Source of the DNA: Trichoplax adhaerens
Taxonomy: Eukaryota; Animalia; Placozoa
Direction: 5' to 3'
Length of the DNA stretch: 64,000 nt
Assembly: GCF_000150275.1 (NCBI RefSeq)
Contig: NW_002060953.1
Coordinates: 7,487 to 71,486, forward strand
The notes beneath the pieces are model-generated. The model searched no databases. It was not told where the DNA came from and worked only from the letters and a program-made list of their open reading frames with translations. Both the position numbers and the translations under genes were made by a program. This document shows, in pieces, positions 1-13,799 of this stretch. How positions within the stretch are numbered: the first letter of the stretch is position 1; each line of letters begins with the position of its first letter.

Positions 1-1184
1 CTATTTAATATTACTAAAGTAACCNGGTTTATCCTCCAGTGCTTAAGCAAATAAGTGAGCTTTATTCCTTCTGAAAATTTATAGATTGCTTATAACTTTA
101 AATTATACTCTAATTTTTGGGCTTCTCATAGTTTGTAAGATTACGTATAATCTATTTGTAATATGTTGTTCAATAAATATTAGTAAGATTAAGTAAATAT
201 TTTAAAAGTATGACGGATTACTTGCTGTTGATGTCCACAACCAGAAAAAATGATCCTTTCTATAACGTTTACTACTCAAATGATACCGTAGTTGTCTTAT
301 TTGTGCATTTGACTGTAAATGCGGGAGATTTCTATAGATAGGAGAAAAATTACTGTGATCAGCAACGATACTGTTGCCTCTTATTTGAGTATAAGCAAAT
401 ATTTTTTACAAATTGAGCCATAAGAAATGGCCAAATATAGCCAAAACTAATATAACTAAATCAATTCGTAGATACTTTGGATTTAACACTGCATGAGACC
501 AATACACTTACAGTATGTAGAACAGCATTATTTTAACATCTTCGATTGAAATAATTTATTTAAAATTAATCGTTTGCGAAGCATTTATTTCAGATCGCAA
601 AGACAGTTTAAAACACTCTTATGGTATCTTAATTTCATAAAAGCATCTGATGCTGATAGATATTATATACTTCTATTGGAAATGTTCATAATGCCAAATT
701 AATTGAGATGCGTTAACTTCAAGTCGCTAATCCTTAAACGAAGCAAATTCTTATTAGGCTCATTAGTTCTCTACTTTTGGTTAATTCAATATTGAAATAA
801 TTTCAGTATCCATAGATCTCCCCTTACATATGAGCAATATTTTAACATCTATATTCGTGTTTACTTTTTGTCTAAAGTGACTAAAGAAAATAATTATATC
901 TACACTTTATTATTGTCGTTTAGCGGGATTGGATACCGGCTTTAATAGCATATTAAGGGCTATTATCAAAGCAATGTAAGAGGAAACGAAAAGATGCCTG
1001 TTAAGGTTTGTTATGCGGCAGCTGTTGCATATCCTTCTTATTCTCAGTAATTGAATTACATCATTTTTAATTGAAATCAACAAATCACGAATACAAGCGA
1101 TTTTTTAATTACCTGGAATTTTCTTTTACGGTTTTTCAGCCTTTGTACTGGTATACTATACGGAATGGAATATTATTTATTTCT

Positions 1185-1666
1185 NNNNNNNNNNNNNNNN
1201 NNNNNNNNNNNNNNNNNNNNNNNNNNNNNNNNNNNNNNNNNNNNNNNNNNNNNNNNNNNNNNNNNNNNNNNNNNNNNNNNNNNNNNNNNNNNNNNNNNNN
1301 NNNNNNNNNNNNNNNNNNNNNNNNNNNNNNNNNNNNNNNNNNNNNNNNNNNNNNNNNNNNNNNNNNNNNNNNNNNNNNNNNNNNNNNNNNNNNNNNNNNN
1401 NNNNNNNNNNNNNNNNNNNNNNNNNNNNNNNNNNNNNNNNNNNNNNNNNNNNNNNNNNNNNNNNNNNNNNNNNNNNNNNNNNNNNNNNNNNNNNNNNNNN
1501 NNNNNNNNNNNNNNNNNNNNNNNNNNNNNNNNNNNNNNNNNNNNNNNNNNNNNNNNNNNNNNNNNNNNNNNNNNNNNNNNNNNNNNNNNNNNNNNNNNNN
1601 NNNNNNNNNNNNNNNNNNNNNNNNNNNNNNNNNNNNNNNNNNNNNNNNNNNNNNNNNNNNNNNNNN
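1185..1666. other. Assembly gap (N run); further 50-N gaps at 21308-21357, 29259-29308, 44608-44657, 50287-50336
   Basis: Runs of N seen directly. Confidence 0.99.
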
Positions 1667-1957
1667 TGAGTTGTGCACAGTGTGAAATTAAAACTACTAT
1701 ATATAATAAGTACGGGATATTTATCCTTAATTGGGGAGTTTCTCAAATACGTTGTTGTAAAGAATATTTCTGCAAAAGTAATCTATTTTTCAATAAAGAC
1801 TTTAACTTTATTCGCTATCTCTCGTCGCTAAATTGCAGTACTGGAATAAGTAAGTCTCCCCTCGCTGTACATACTACACATCTCCAGAAGTTAGTCGGAG
1901 TAAGATTTAGAGTAGTTAGTGTAGTTTAAGTCCGTTCACGAAAGCAGGTTTGTGATA
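1667..1957 (+). mobile_element. Probable 3' part of a solo LTR (5' end in gap)
   Basis: TATA-like TATATATAA (~1698), AATAAA (~1792), ends GTTCACGAAAGCAGGTTTGTGATA, resembling the hairpin ends of families G/H; no TSD checkable. Confidence 0.4.
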
Positions 1958-2103
1958 AGCCTCTGTTAGTTTTTTTTCAGTGATTATTAGTGAATTAATA
2001 CTCTACATAGAAGTATTTAGTTGTTATGATTTTGATAGCTTCTATAGTCAGTTACGGTATTACCGTGATGAAATTATAAATCATAGTCTATACTATGATC
2101 ACA

Positions 2104-2516
2104 TGTAACGCATAGCAGTTATCGCAATATCGAATAAGACATCGTAAGCGTTCTAAATAAAATAGCTGATTCTAATAACTGAGCATCCTACTTTCGTATG
2201 GTGTTATTGAATTGTGAGAGTAAATTGTCGGAGTACCTTATAAAGTCCGTCAGGCATTTAAGGTATCGAGCATAAATCCTAATATGATTGCTGTCGAATA
2301 ACATAGGAATTTGTATAGAGATATTACAATCTTAAGATCAAGGATAATTAACCGGCTTATCTTAGCCGCGGGGTTATTTCCAGCCTCGAATGATTTTCTA
2401 GTGAAGAACTCAACATATATAGAATGTAATCTTATTTTGTACGGAATTACGATAGGTTAGAAATTGGCTAAGTCCAACTGTCCGGCTTATCTTAGCCGCT
2501 TTCAACTGTTGTTACA
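2104..2516 (+). mobile_element. Possible solo LTR (TGTAAC...GTTACA) abutting the GPCR 3' relic
   Basis: 6-bp inverted termini, TATATATA ~2416, internal 18-bp direct repeat CCGGCTTATCTTAGCCGC (2352, 2482); flanks TCACA/ACTAA do not match. Confidence 0.3.
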
Positions 2517-3230
2517 ACTAATATTATCTTACGTCGGCAAATCATTAAATATCTAATGTAAATTAAGGGTAAGATTAGATCATTTTTCGGATTATCCTCA
2601 TTCAGAACTTCAGTAATAAATTTTAAACGTGGTAGTCGAGTCTCATATCGAGCAAAAGCGGCTGAAGCTTGGTAAATAAAAAGGTTAGTTTTACAGCAAT
2701 TTCGATAAGACTTTTACTTAAGGATGGAAGTACTGTGTGATGTACTTACTTGGTAATCCCAAATTAATTGGACTACTAAATTTTATATCGTATAATATTG
2801 ACAATCTAAATTTATATCAGCACTAAAGGTTATTGCATTAAAGAAGATCTATGTTCTTATTTTTGTTCTTAAAAATTCAAATGTTTTTAACTTCAAAATT
2901 TATGTTTTTTCTGAAAAACCGGAAAATGTCTATTTCTCATTATGTAATACAGTTCAAGACATAAAGTTTGAATTAAAATATCATTCTGTTGTCAAATCCT
3001 TGCATGGTGTTACATCAATGTCCGTTGGGCGAAAAACCTTCCTAAAAAGGCTTTATCACATTTACTGTATTCTTCAGCAGCAGGATTTACAAGCTGATAC
3101 TTGCTTTTGCTTTAGTGGATAATAGTGAAGATAATAAATATGTACTAAAGAATAGAAAGCAATAATTGTATCTAATGTTATTATGAAGTGATGAATCTCA
3201 ATCGATTTAAATATGATACTAGGAGAATCA
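2513..3230 (+). repeat. Diverged segmental duplicate of ~6272-6980 (GPCR helix-8/C-tail plus 3' flank)
   Basis: Collinear blocks such as TATCTTACGTCGGCAAATCATTAAATAT, TTTTACTTAAGGAT, TAAATTTATATCAG, AAGTGATGAATCT in both places. Confidence 0.85.
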
Positions 3231-5559
3231 GATTTGTTACTCTTCAATGAATGTTGAGTAAACGAAGTTAGGATAGTTCATGAAGTACTCTAACTATCGG
3301 ATCAGCTGAAATACTTGCTTTATTGACTTACAAATAAATTAGTAACATTGCGTTAACTACTACCTTATTTACGACTTACACTAAACGTAATAAAGAGCTG
3401 CAATTGTGTTTTTGAAGATCGTCGTAGGCTAAGACGTTACTGTAATCGGCTACCATTCTAATATCTTTTTTTTACAGCAGAAGCTGAGTTGTCGCGATCC
3501 AATAATTCATTTACGTAGAGAAATGCAGAAGTTCGAGTTATACTGCTTTTCATATCTCGCATTGCTGAAAATAACAAACTACAGTATTGGGATAATTGAT
3601 GATCGTCTAAAATTTTACCTATTCTGTTGCAAATTAGAAGCATATAAATCGAGTTAATCAGAGATACTTTCCTTATTACTGTTTGCACTAGTAATTGTAA
3701 AGTATTATCAGTTGATATCAGATACATAGAAAAATGAATATTACAAATAGAATGTAAAATCTATTTATATTTAGAATTTCTTATTCCTATTTCTGATAAA
3801 ATAAAATTTACCTTGTTTACAAAATACTACCACAAAAGGAAATCTATACGCAGGAGGCTATGACAGACTATCGTTATGAAGCACTAATTCTTGGAGGAAG
3901 TTTATTCAATTTGTTTCTATTTAACTTTAAACTTGGTGGGCACGAACATAAATTAATCCATGATTATCGAAATGGTGGTATGGAAAATTAAAATTGAAAT
4001 GACGTGTAAACAAGATTCATTAAACGTTTGTTACTTTAAGGGAAAATTTCATTTCACCGTCAAAATAGCGAGACTGATCTAGAAATGTTTGATGTGATTT
4101 TAGTTTTAGTATTGTGTGTTAATTTGGAAATTTATTAGGCTGGAAACAATTGTTAAATCGTTTATTGAGCGACAATAGTATTCCTTTTTGCTGGTTAATA
4201 TTACAGCTTGTCCATAATATATTCTGACGTATTATGAGAAAATACAAAGCTATAATTTCAAAAATCAAGATTATAGTATTGTATCCATTTGTCATCGAAT
4301 AGTAATTACAGATAATACGATGAAATCGGTTCTATGAAATATTTTGGATCTAAAATCAAATTAAGTTAGTGGCATAGAATGAACCTGGCAAGGTTTGATA
4401 AAATCATATTGCATGGGCACCCATTAAGTAAACAAATCATAAATTGTTGGAAGGACAGCCCTGATAAGAAATAGATACCAAACTCTTTATTTATTAGGTT
4501 CCATTAATTAGAGGATTCGTCGGTTAGATGGGCATATCAAAAATAAAGTATCCCGATTTCAGCAGGCAATAGTACTTCCCTCATCTTGCAGTTGATTAAT
4601 TCAGAATACATCAATAAATCATACGTCGACATACCCTTAGAATATGGCGAATTAATAATTTTAGCATCCTTTAATGATCAACAATATCTTATTATGACAA
4701 TGCTTTATTCTCTTGTGGTGCGATGAAAATCTGAAGAGGCGAATTGTCACATGGCATGAGGTCTTATAAAAATGCTTAATTGATAGCGTAAACTACAGTC
4801 TGCCGGTGTATAGAATAAAACAGAATAGCATTTTTAGTTGTAAACAAATTACTTGAAAATTAATATAATAAAAGCGTTTTACTACAATAATTGCCCGAGC
4901 TTGATTCGAAAATTCAGATTAATTTATACAAAAATAGAACATAGTTTAATTTTTTAAATGAAATCTAATACATAAATACAGTTTGTTAAGGATTTTATAA
5001 CTTTTAAAATAAATTTTTGTCTCTTTTTTCCAAATTTGGACAGGATGTGCAGCCATACCTTAACCAAATATGGTAATTGTAAGGTTGAATCTGATTATAA
5101 CCAATAATAATTGCATACTTACTCTATAAGATCACTCCTCATAGTTTAAACCTTATAATAAAATTTAAAAATCAACAGCTCTAAATATATAATGGGATCT
5201 AGCTTCATTAAAATTTTTCCTGTACATTAGGGTGCCTTATTGTTGTTAATCATAATGCTTTTTCAATTCAGTTACATCCAAATAATTGTTAATACTGTGA
5301 AAAGATACCGGAGTATGAAAATTCATTGTTAAATAAGCTGTCTGCATACATATTCATATTACATTGATATCGGTCGGAAAAACGCTGAAATTTTATAAGA
5401 GCAACAACGTCAGAGAATAAGATTAATTTGTTACAAATGTCAGTAGATAATAGATTTCTTACATTATAAAAGTAAAAAATGGTTTATTCTTTATCTAGAT
5501 ATGCGTTTAGAAAGATATTTTAACGATACATTACCAGATTGTTGTTACTTTCCATAGTC

Positions 5560-6340
5560 CATTCTTGCTTTAAATGGATATCGATTATATCCGAAGCGTT
5601 AGCATATACGTTTCGTTGAAAATTTGTTATATTTTAATTCTGCAGATCATACATTCTGCCTCAGATACCACCGGTAAAGATATATGTGAGTGTTTTCTAC
5701 TAATTGTCTACTTGATTTACTGTATAATCGTACTTACTAATTTACCGGTCTTTATTAAATTATATATTATTGCTAACTAATTTCTATTCTATATAACTAA
5801 ATACCTAATATCGCTTTACCATCGCAAACTAATATACTGTATTGGATTATGATCTTTAAATTTAATACAAAATTTACTTGAAATTACATTAATATTTATA
5901 TCTCATCACTGGTTCGAGACGGTTACATTCATTGCTACTAGCAGGAGTTAAACTTTTTATGTAGCAACTTCTTTGACTATATTTGGAGCGATATTGGTGA
6001 TTTTTTACTGTTACGCAATTGCATTTTATATCGCTTTTAGCAAAAATGTATCTAATTTAGACAGTTATAGTAGTATAAAAAAATCAATTCGGACAAAATT
6101 TTTAATCGTTGGTACTAATATGTTATGTTGGCTACTATTAGGGTTGCTATGTTTAGTTAATGTCATTAATTATCTAATTTATCAAACAAACTATACAGTT
6201 TCTCATAGAGTTAGGTTAATATCACTTATGTTATTTTTTTTAGTATTGCTCTAAATCCATTAATATATGCCACAACTAATGCTATCTTACGTCGGCAAAT
6301 CATTAAATATTTATTTTGCATTAAGTGTAAGATTAGATTA
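5560..6340 (+). pseudogene. Class A GPCR pseudogene (TM5-TM7 recognisable)
   Basis: ORF 5973-6254 gives CYAIAFYIAF..IKKSIRTKFLIVGTNMLCWLL; a shifted frame continues IALNPLIYATTNAILRRQI; upstream is degraded and the 5' limit is approximate. Confidence 0.85.
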
Positions 6341-7809
6341 TTTTTGGGATCCCGCTCATCGGGAAATTCAGCAATAAATTTTGAACGTAGCAGTCGAGTG
6401 TCATGTTGAGTAACACCAGCAGACGCTTGGTAAAACGGTTGGTTTTGTAGCAACTACCATAAGATTTTTACTTAAGGATTGAAGTATTTCGCATGTGTGT
6501 GTGTGACTGGTAACATCAAATTAGTTAGTACGCTAAATTTTATTTCATATAATAATGATAATTTAAATTTATATCAGTACTATGTTTTATTGCATTATAG
6601 AAGACTTTATATTTTTATTTTTGTTCGTAAAATTTCAGGTACTTTAGCCCTTAAATTTTATTTCATTTATGAAACACTAAAAATATTTCTTCTCATTCTG
6701 TAGTATAGGTAAAGACATTAAACTCGAAATAAAATTTTATTCTTTAGTCAATCCTCGCAGGCTTTTAAAATAATTTTGAAGGGCGATAAATCTTCGTAGG
6801 AAGGGGTTATCGCAACTATTATTCCGGAGCAGAATTTACAAGCCGGTTCTTGCTTGTATTATAGTGGATGATAGTGAACATAGTAAATATGCAGTGGCTA
6901 AGAGAAAGTAGTTATTTTATCTAAAGCTACTATTAAGTGATGAATCTTAGTGGATTTAAATATTATATTAGAAAAATAAGATATACCAAATAGCGATATG
7001 AAAGACTGAAAAAATTGATTTTTTTTTACGTATTGCGCGTAATGATGATTTACTCTTTATAGTCTATTTGAATACCGCTATAGGTATGACTATTAATCTG
7101 CATTCCAGTAGTTAGCTACACTACGTCTTGGGTGAAAGCATAAATGTAGGTGTTAGTATAATAAAGGGTCTTAAAAGTATGATAAAAAGAACTATAATTT
7201 CTAGTAAAAATCCAGTTTATTACGTAAAATTAGTTCATCTAACAATAATTAAACGTTTAACTCGAGCTGTTTTAAGACAGTCTTGGTAATTCAATATCTA
7301 GCGAATTTGGGGTTGTACTACAGCTAGTGATCGAGAAAGTAGCAAATTCGACTATATGTCACATAATTATTTATTAGTAATATTGTTGCATTACTCCTTT
7401 ATCATTTGATTATGCATTTATTGACCTTTAACAACCAGTGCAATTAGCTTCATGAATGCTATTTTTAGAATTTTTCCGAGTAAAAAATGATTACGGTATA
7501 ATATTGATAGTAAAGAAAGACTGACTTGCTACTGATCTGTGTAAATGCTTACAATATCTCATCTAGTAAAAGAAGGTACGGCGCTTAAATCATAGAAAGA
7601 AGATATTATCTAAGAAACTTCTAAACAGGTTAAGCTAAGAACTTTGATCTTGCGCAAATCACAACAAATTGAAGTCAAAAATCAAATAATGATGTGACGC
7701 AGTTTTATATACGTATATACTATCGGTTTCGATTCTGCTATTCTGAAGCTTAACACAAAATGATAAAAGGCTAAATTTATCCTTCCCATTAGGAAGTAGA
7801 AAGTACAGT

Positions 7810-8117
7810 TGTCGCAAAAAACAGCTTTGCAACAAGATAACGTAATGTGTCATCAATAAGTTAATTCCTTGAACCACGTATCAAGCAGACTACACAAAGA
7901 CTTAGACGTCTCGTATTTTACGTTAAACACTTAGTTTAAGAATTAACTTTATTACACGATATACTGCATTTATATACTCTTCCTCATTAGCTCATGAGTC
8001 ATAGTTAGTACGATTAACTTTAGAATTATTCACCGAATAAGACATTAATTTTAGCTATGCTCCCTAATGTAGATAACGGTATTTACGAACATAGACATCT
8101 AATGACTAATAATACAG
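7810..8117 (-). mobile_element. Solo-LTR family A, 5'-truncated copy
   Basis: Reverse complement of the 3' half of 22325-22914 (GCAAAGCTGTTTT, GTGGTTCAAGGAATT, TTTAACGTAAAATACGAG). Confidence 0.8.
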
Positions 8118-8134
8118 TTTGTAACATTATCACC

Positions 8135-8733
8135 TGTTGCGGAGCCATGCTCCGAAATATTAATTGTTACGTTAATTAAAATATCTCATTTAAATTATTA
8201 TTTGCTCCAGTAGCTTATTAGATATTAATGTTTATTAATAAGCACTTGTTATTGCCAAGGTATCAGAAAGTTAAATATTGTGACGTGTCGGAGCTAACAC
8301 GCTTAGTCTGTAAACGTTAATTAATAACACTTTAAGTGTAAGATTAATTACTTTGCAGAGCCTTGAGGCTCTAGTTGCTATACTAGGATATGTATACCAT
8401 ACAGTGTAAGCCGCCATTTCAAGAATATTCAAAAGTATACCATCGGCGAGACTATAAAAAGCGGAGCACTAGCTTAGCTTATCAGTTCCAGTTAGTCATT
8501 CGCAGGATCTTTTGACTATTATTGCTAAGAATATTCTTACGTTTTTCTTCATTACATTTTACGACTAAGGTTAACGAAAATAAAGTAAAGCATTTAAACC
8601 TATTACTCAATAGTAGTTTTTTTGTGTAGCTGAGAGTTAGTTCAAATATGATAGGTCCCTAAGTTGGGAACACAAGTAATAGTGAAGATAGTTTTTAATA
8701 CCCGGTTTCTTGTTACAAAGGAGATTTGTAACA
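8135..8733 (+). mobile_element. Solo LTR family B (599 bp), 5-bp TSD TCACC
   Basis: TGTTGC...GTAACA termini; TCACC at 8130-8134 and 8734-8738; TATAAAA ~8453, AATAAA ~8579; second copy at 31729-32310. Confidence 0.92.
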
Positions 8734-8799
8734 TCACCAAAGTGCAGAACCTACTTAACGAAGATCAACAACTCAAACGAAAATTCTAATCACAGAATA

Positions 8800-9715
8800 G
8801 TCGGAAAAGAAATATATTTCTATTGAACATGTAATTCTAATCTTATTTTGTATTTTTCAACTGCCGATAATTTATTCAGCTTGATAAATTTATCGTTCTG
8901 CAACCTTAGAGCAGTTGAATGATTGCATTTCAATAGTACTAGCATGCACTGATTTCCTAACCGGCTTGATTGCAATACCGATTACAATTGTTCTTTCATT
9001 CCACCGTCAAGGAGAAGTTTTACGTAATATTTAAGGTTTCCTTATATCTATTTCAACGGTACTTCATAAGTAATGGCAAGGGCTGTTAGCATAGATCGTT
9101 GTTAGGCTGTGCATAACTCCAACTCTTATTTATCTTAATTGCTTGGCTCTCGATATGAGATTATCACTATAAACACACATTTAATATCTGTACCACTTAC
9201 TATATCGTGTTGGCGTTATTACCAATTCTTATATATGACTTCGGAAAATATACTTATCAAGGGATTTCCTGAATTTTGTTTAATGGTTGATTCATGTAAT
9301 TATGTTGATGTTGGAATATTTATGATTGGTATCTGTATAGCTATCGAGGTTATCATTTACTACTACTCAATCATATTTTATATCACAATATCATAAAGCA
9401 AGTATGCCTTCAGTTCACTTTGAAGGTATCCAATAATTTGTTTGCACTACATCATCAATTGTTGGTACAAACATTATATGCCGGCTACTAATGATGGTAA
9501 TAGGTAGTTGCGATTTAACGTATTATCTTATATTTCATAAAAGTTTTACTTTATCAAATCGTACTCAATTAGTCGGTCTTCTCTTCAAATACGCCACTGT
9601 TGCTACAAACTTATTTATTTACTCTATAAATAATACGATTTTAAGATGGAGCATGATAACGTCGCTAAAGAGACTTTATAAAATAATTTTTTGTTGCAGA
9701 AATGCCACGTTTTAA
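8800..9715 (+). pseudogene. Class A GPCR pseudogene, paralogue of 11906-12937
   Basis: Fragments ACTDFLTGLIAIP, AVSIDRC*AV, IVGTNIICRLL, TNLFIYSINNTILR, with stops and frameshifts. Confidence 0.88.
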
Positions 9716-11905
9716 AGATAAAATGAGATTCATCTATGATGTCAATAACCCACAGAAATTCTCGTATTTCCATAATGGATGTAAATACATTTCTTTTATG
9801 ATGTTTACCGACATTTTCATGTCAAATTTTAATTATTCTTTGATTGCTTTATTTGTAATCTTTTCAAGTATCATCTGTATTCGCATAACGTCCTATGCAT
9901 CTTAAATAATGCCTTGAGATAAACAATGGCAAGCGTTGCCGATGCATACAATATGCTATAGGATAAATGTATCAATTCTCTTCCTTTTAAAAGCTGATTT
10001 AGTATTATCAATTGCTTACAAAGTTATAATATTATCATTATATCGAAGCATTAGAGGTATTGGATACTTTACATAATCTTAGAAATTTCTTACGGAAGAA
10101 GTAGAAATTTCAAAGGCGCCGCGAATTTCTAGTGATGGGTTTATCATAAATTTTAGCTTTTATATGTTAAGCATATTCAATCAAGGTAAAGCTAAGATCA
10201 TAGTCCATTATCTGAATCCGAACGATCATATTTTATCAACATGCTACGGATAGCTACAAGAGTGAAACAGTAACTATGGACATAAAAAACACCAGGCTAA
10301 TCTTATCGTAATTGTAGGTCATTTTATATCGAACACATTTAGTCAATATAGCGTAGTTTTTAGTGCCTTTTCTAAATCTGCATAGCCATAGTTTAATAAT
10401 CTGTGCGAATAATAAATGAATTAAATTACAAGATATACTACAATATTAGTAGAATGTAAAGAAATCATCAGGAAAAACGACGTAATTTTATTTTGCTATC
10501 TGTTTTCTTTTGTCGTCATCTAAATTTTCTCTTTGAAAAAGTCATCCAACGTAGTGGACGTTTTTTAAAATTACTTCAGTGTTATAATCTGACAGTTTTA
10601 ATCTAGTATCAAACTTTCAAAAAATAAATACCTCCATAATATGTCCGATGGCAATGACGGCGAATTTCATAATTGATATTTCATTTAAATAGTTTTTATC
10701 CTTCGATATTATTGCATGTACAACCTAATAAAATCATACATTTAATGACGATAAGAATTATAAATAGTACAATAAAGCTTTGTGACACCCGTCGTTTCCA
10801 GCAATTATTCCACTCATACACTTATGACATAAAGTAAATATAAACGAGGAAAAATTTCATGTAATAGTAACGTGAATTTAGGAATAAGAAAAGTTTGCTG
10901 CGATGATCAGCGCAGCTGATTGTTGAATACTTGAAAGTTGCTAAAGATTCAGTAAGAAATATTCTGATATAGTAAATACCTACCGTTAACAGCATAAGAA
11001 ATCCTAAGAACCTATGAATTAGTATTGTAATTCAATTCATGGTAAGTCAGGTGTCATAAATAGTTCAATCAGATGTAGGGATAAGAGAGCCAAATTAGTG
11101 AATGTTCGTAGCCTTGCTGCATTACTAGTGTGTGTGGTAAATCGAAATTTGCAACAAGATGAGGTTAAAACTAGTACAGAACATTACACTACTATGAACT
11201 TGCTATCAGGTTTATTTTCTTTGATATCTACCTACAGTATGACTCGAAATACTAGCAATCTGTTATCGTCAGGAATATCATGTCAGCGTGATATTTGTTA
11301 TGATGCTTTGCAAACGAAAGAAATAGCTTTTAAAATTTAAGTGTTGAATTTGGATTAAGTAACGAAAGCATTTGATAAGTATATCCGGTAAAACCCTTTC
11401 AATAGAATTATCCCTCGTAATTTTGTCGTAAATAAAGTAAATCTATAATAGCCTTTTCAATTGTCTCCCTGTCTTATGATCTACATCACTAATAACAATC
11501 AACGACACTAGTCATAAAATGAACCAGAAATTACGCAAAATTGAACTTGATAAAGCTAAAAACTGTCGTTCAGAGCTCTGCGACAATTTTTTTCAAATAA
11601 ATGGAAAATTTAATTTCCTTTGTTATTTTATTAACTTGACAATATTATCAATGCAACAATAAGGTGCATTTTTTAATCTGGATTGCTATTCATCTCGATT
11701 AAACTACAATAAAATTATTCATTATTGATTTCATAGACCTATTTTAATTATATTTCGCTACTTGATTTGATGATGCTTTAATTTATTTGTTCTTGCTTAC
11801 TGAAATCGTATGCTTAATTCTTAACAAATTTTACAGAATCGAAAGTGGCTAGATTGAAGAAATTAGTTTTTGTCAGAATACGCGGCGTTGGAAGAAAAAT
11901 CCTCC

Positions 11906-12937
11906 ATGGAGAATACCACATCATTTAATACTACCTATTCCGCGAGAGAGGATGGACATTACCTTTACATGCAGCTTTTTACTTTAATTTTAATTACTAT
12001 AATATCTGTTGGAGCTAATTTTTTCAACTTAGTCATTATTTACAACTCTCCAGCCTTATGGTCGATCAACAACTGTTTATTAACAGCACTTACTATCACA
12101 GATTTCCTGACGGGTTTAATTGTAATGCCTTGTGCTATTTCGGCATTACTTCAAGGCAGCGATGCTATCCTGTGTAAGATACAAGGTTTTTTAGTAACAT
12201 TATTCAATGGGGCGTCACTGGTAATGGCAACAGCAGTAAGTGTTGATCGATGTTCTGCTGTTTATAATCCATATAATTATTTATCAGATTTACGAGCATC
12301 GCGTTATGCAATATCAATTGCAGCAGTTTGGCTCGTAGTTCTTCCATTAGCCATTATTCCACTACTGCCTTTTGAAAAGTATGGCTTGGGTAGATATACC
12401 TACCAGAATGTTTGCTGGATTTCGTTATCTGTTGATTCCTCAAATTACGCTGCTATTGGAATATTTGCAGCTTCCATTACTTGCGCAATTCTTATTATTG
12501 TGTGCTGTTACACAATTATATTTTATATTGCATATCGTAAAAGTAATACTCCTTTAGTGAGCTTCAACGGAATTCAAAAATCAATTCGTACTACGTTTTT
12601 AATTGTCGGCACTAGTATGATATGTTGGTTGCCAATTGCAACAATGACTGTCTATGGATTGGCATATTACGTTAAGTATAATAGAAAATTTATTATTGCA
12701 CACAAACTTCAAATTGTTATCCTGTTATTATCTTACTGCAATGTAGCCATAAATCCAATAATTTATACCATGACAAACGGCATCATAAGGAGGCGAATAT
12801 TATCATCGGTATACTTATTCTGCCAATTAATCTGTATTTTTCCAAGATTTCAACGCGGTCTGTTGAATTATTCATTCCTCTTAAATAAGAGCCAAACAAC
12901 TTCTCGCGTAACACCGATGGAAATAACTACGTCCTAA
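11906..12937 (+). CDS. Intronless class A (rhodopsin-like) orphan GPCR, 343 aa
   Basis: Seven hydrophobic segments; TDFLTGLIVMP, CKIQG, SVDRC, CWLP, NPIIY; N-terminal glycosylation sequons. First ATG is 11906 (the track start is TTG). Confidence 0.95.
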   Translation: MENTTSFNTTYSAREDGHYLYMQLFTLILITIISVGANFFNLVIIYNSPALWSINNCLLTALTITDFLTGLIVMPCAISALLQGSDAILCKIQGFLVTLFNGASLVMATAVSVDRCSAVYNPYNYLSDLRASRYAISIAAVWLVVLPLAIIPLLPFEKYGLGRYTYQNVCWISLSVDSSNYAAIGIFAASITCAILIIVCCYTIIFYIAYRKSNTPLVSFNGIQKSIRTTFLIVGTSMICWLPIATMTVYGLAYYVKYNRKFIIAHKLQIVILLLSYCNVAINPIIYTMTNGIIRRRILSSVYLFCQLICIFPRFQRGLLNYSFLLNKSQTTSRVTPMEITTS

Positions 12938-13404
12938 TGATAAGTATTACGACTAATTTTTTGGCTCCGATCAAGATATTGTCTGGATTACTAGTGTTTT
13001 ATTGTTGAAGATACTTTTAGTATCTGCATTTATCAGTATAAAATTTAGCTTTAACTAGTGTTATGGTCGAGCTCTATGCTTATTAGTAAATTTCCCATTA
13101 TGAACCTATCATTCTAACGGGCACTAAAATTTGTCTTAAAGCTAATTGATTATTAAATTATATTACATAGCTGATGTTGGCAATTCTAAAAATACTACTT
13201 ACTACATATACGAGTATGTTCACAGCTGATCATCATTGAAATTTCAATTTTATTTCATTTGTGCATATTGAACTTTCTTGATAAAAATGAGACCAGTTTT
13301 ATTGTAATAGATTTTAGATAATACAGGCTGCAGAAGTAGAATACGATACAAAGAAATTATCGATACTTTAAAACTCTTAGTGTTTTATAAGCATTCTGAG
13401 AGCA

Positions 13405-13796
13405 TAGCATTCGCAGCTACAATCCGCATGGCAACCTTTTACCTTATTTTACACATAGCAAATTATTCTTAGTAAGACTATTCTACTACGGACCATCATT
13501 AATCCGATATGGATACGACTACAGTATTTATGTAGACATTATTCACAACAGCCAAAGTATAATGAATTAACCATATCCTAATACATGATTTACAGTTCTA
13601 TTTTTACCTATAGCCTTATTAGTAACTCAACACCTTACAGTATATAGTCATGTGTACTCTAGCATAGAGTCTATACCACTACAGCCTATAGTTATGACTA
13701 CTAAATATCTCTAAGGATAAATGTAGAAGTTACGCTACCGTACATTATACTAAACATGGCTAACAGTCTACAATCACAATACTAAATTGCATTACA
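13405..13796 (-). mobile_element. Solo-LTR family C, partial copy
   Basis: High similarity to 14559-14941 and to the reverse complement of 57014-57390; retains the ...CATTACA terminus. Confidence 0.85.
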
Positions 13797-13799
13797 CTA

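Noticed and set aside
1071-1929. Four long ORFs in the track
   Set aside because: Open only because they read through the N gap.
2352-2499. 18-bp palindromic direct repeat as a CRISPR-like array
   Set aside because: Only two units 130 bp apart, eukaryotic context, no cas genes.
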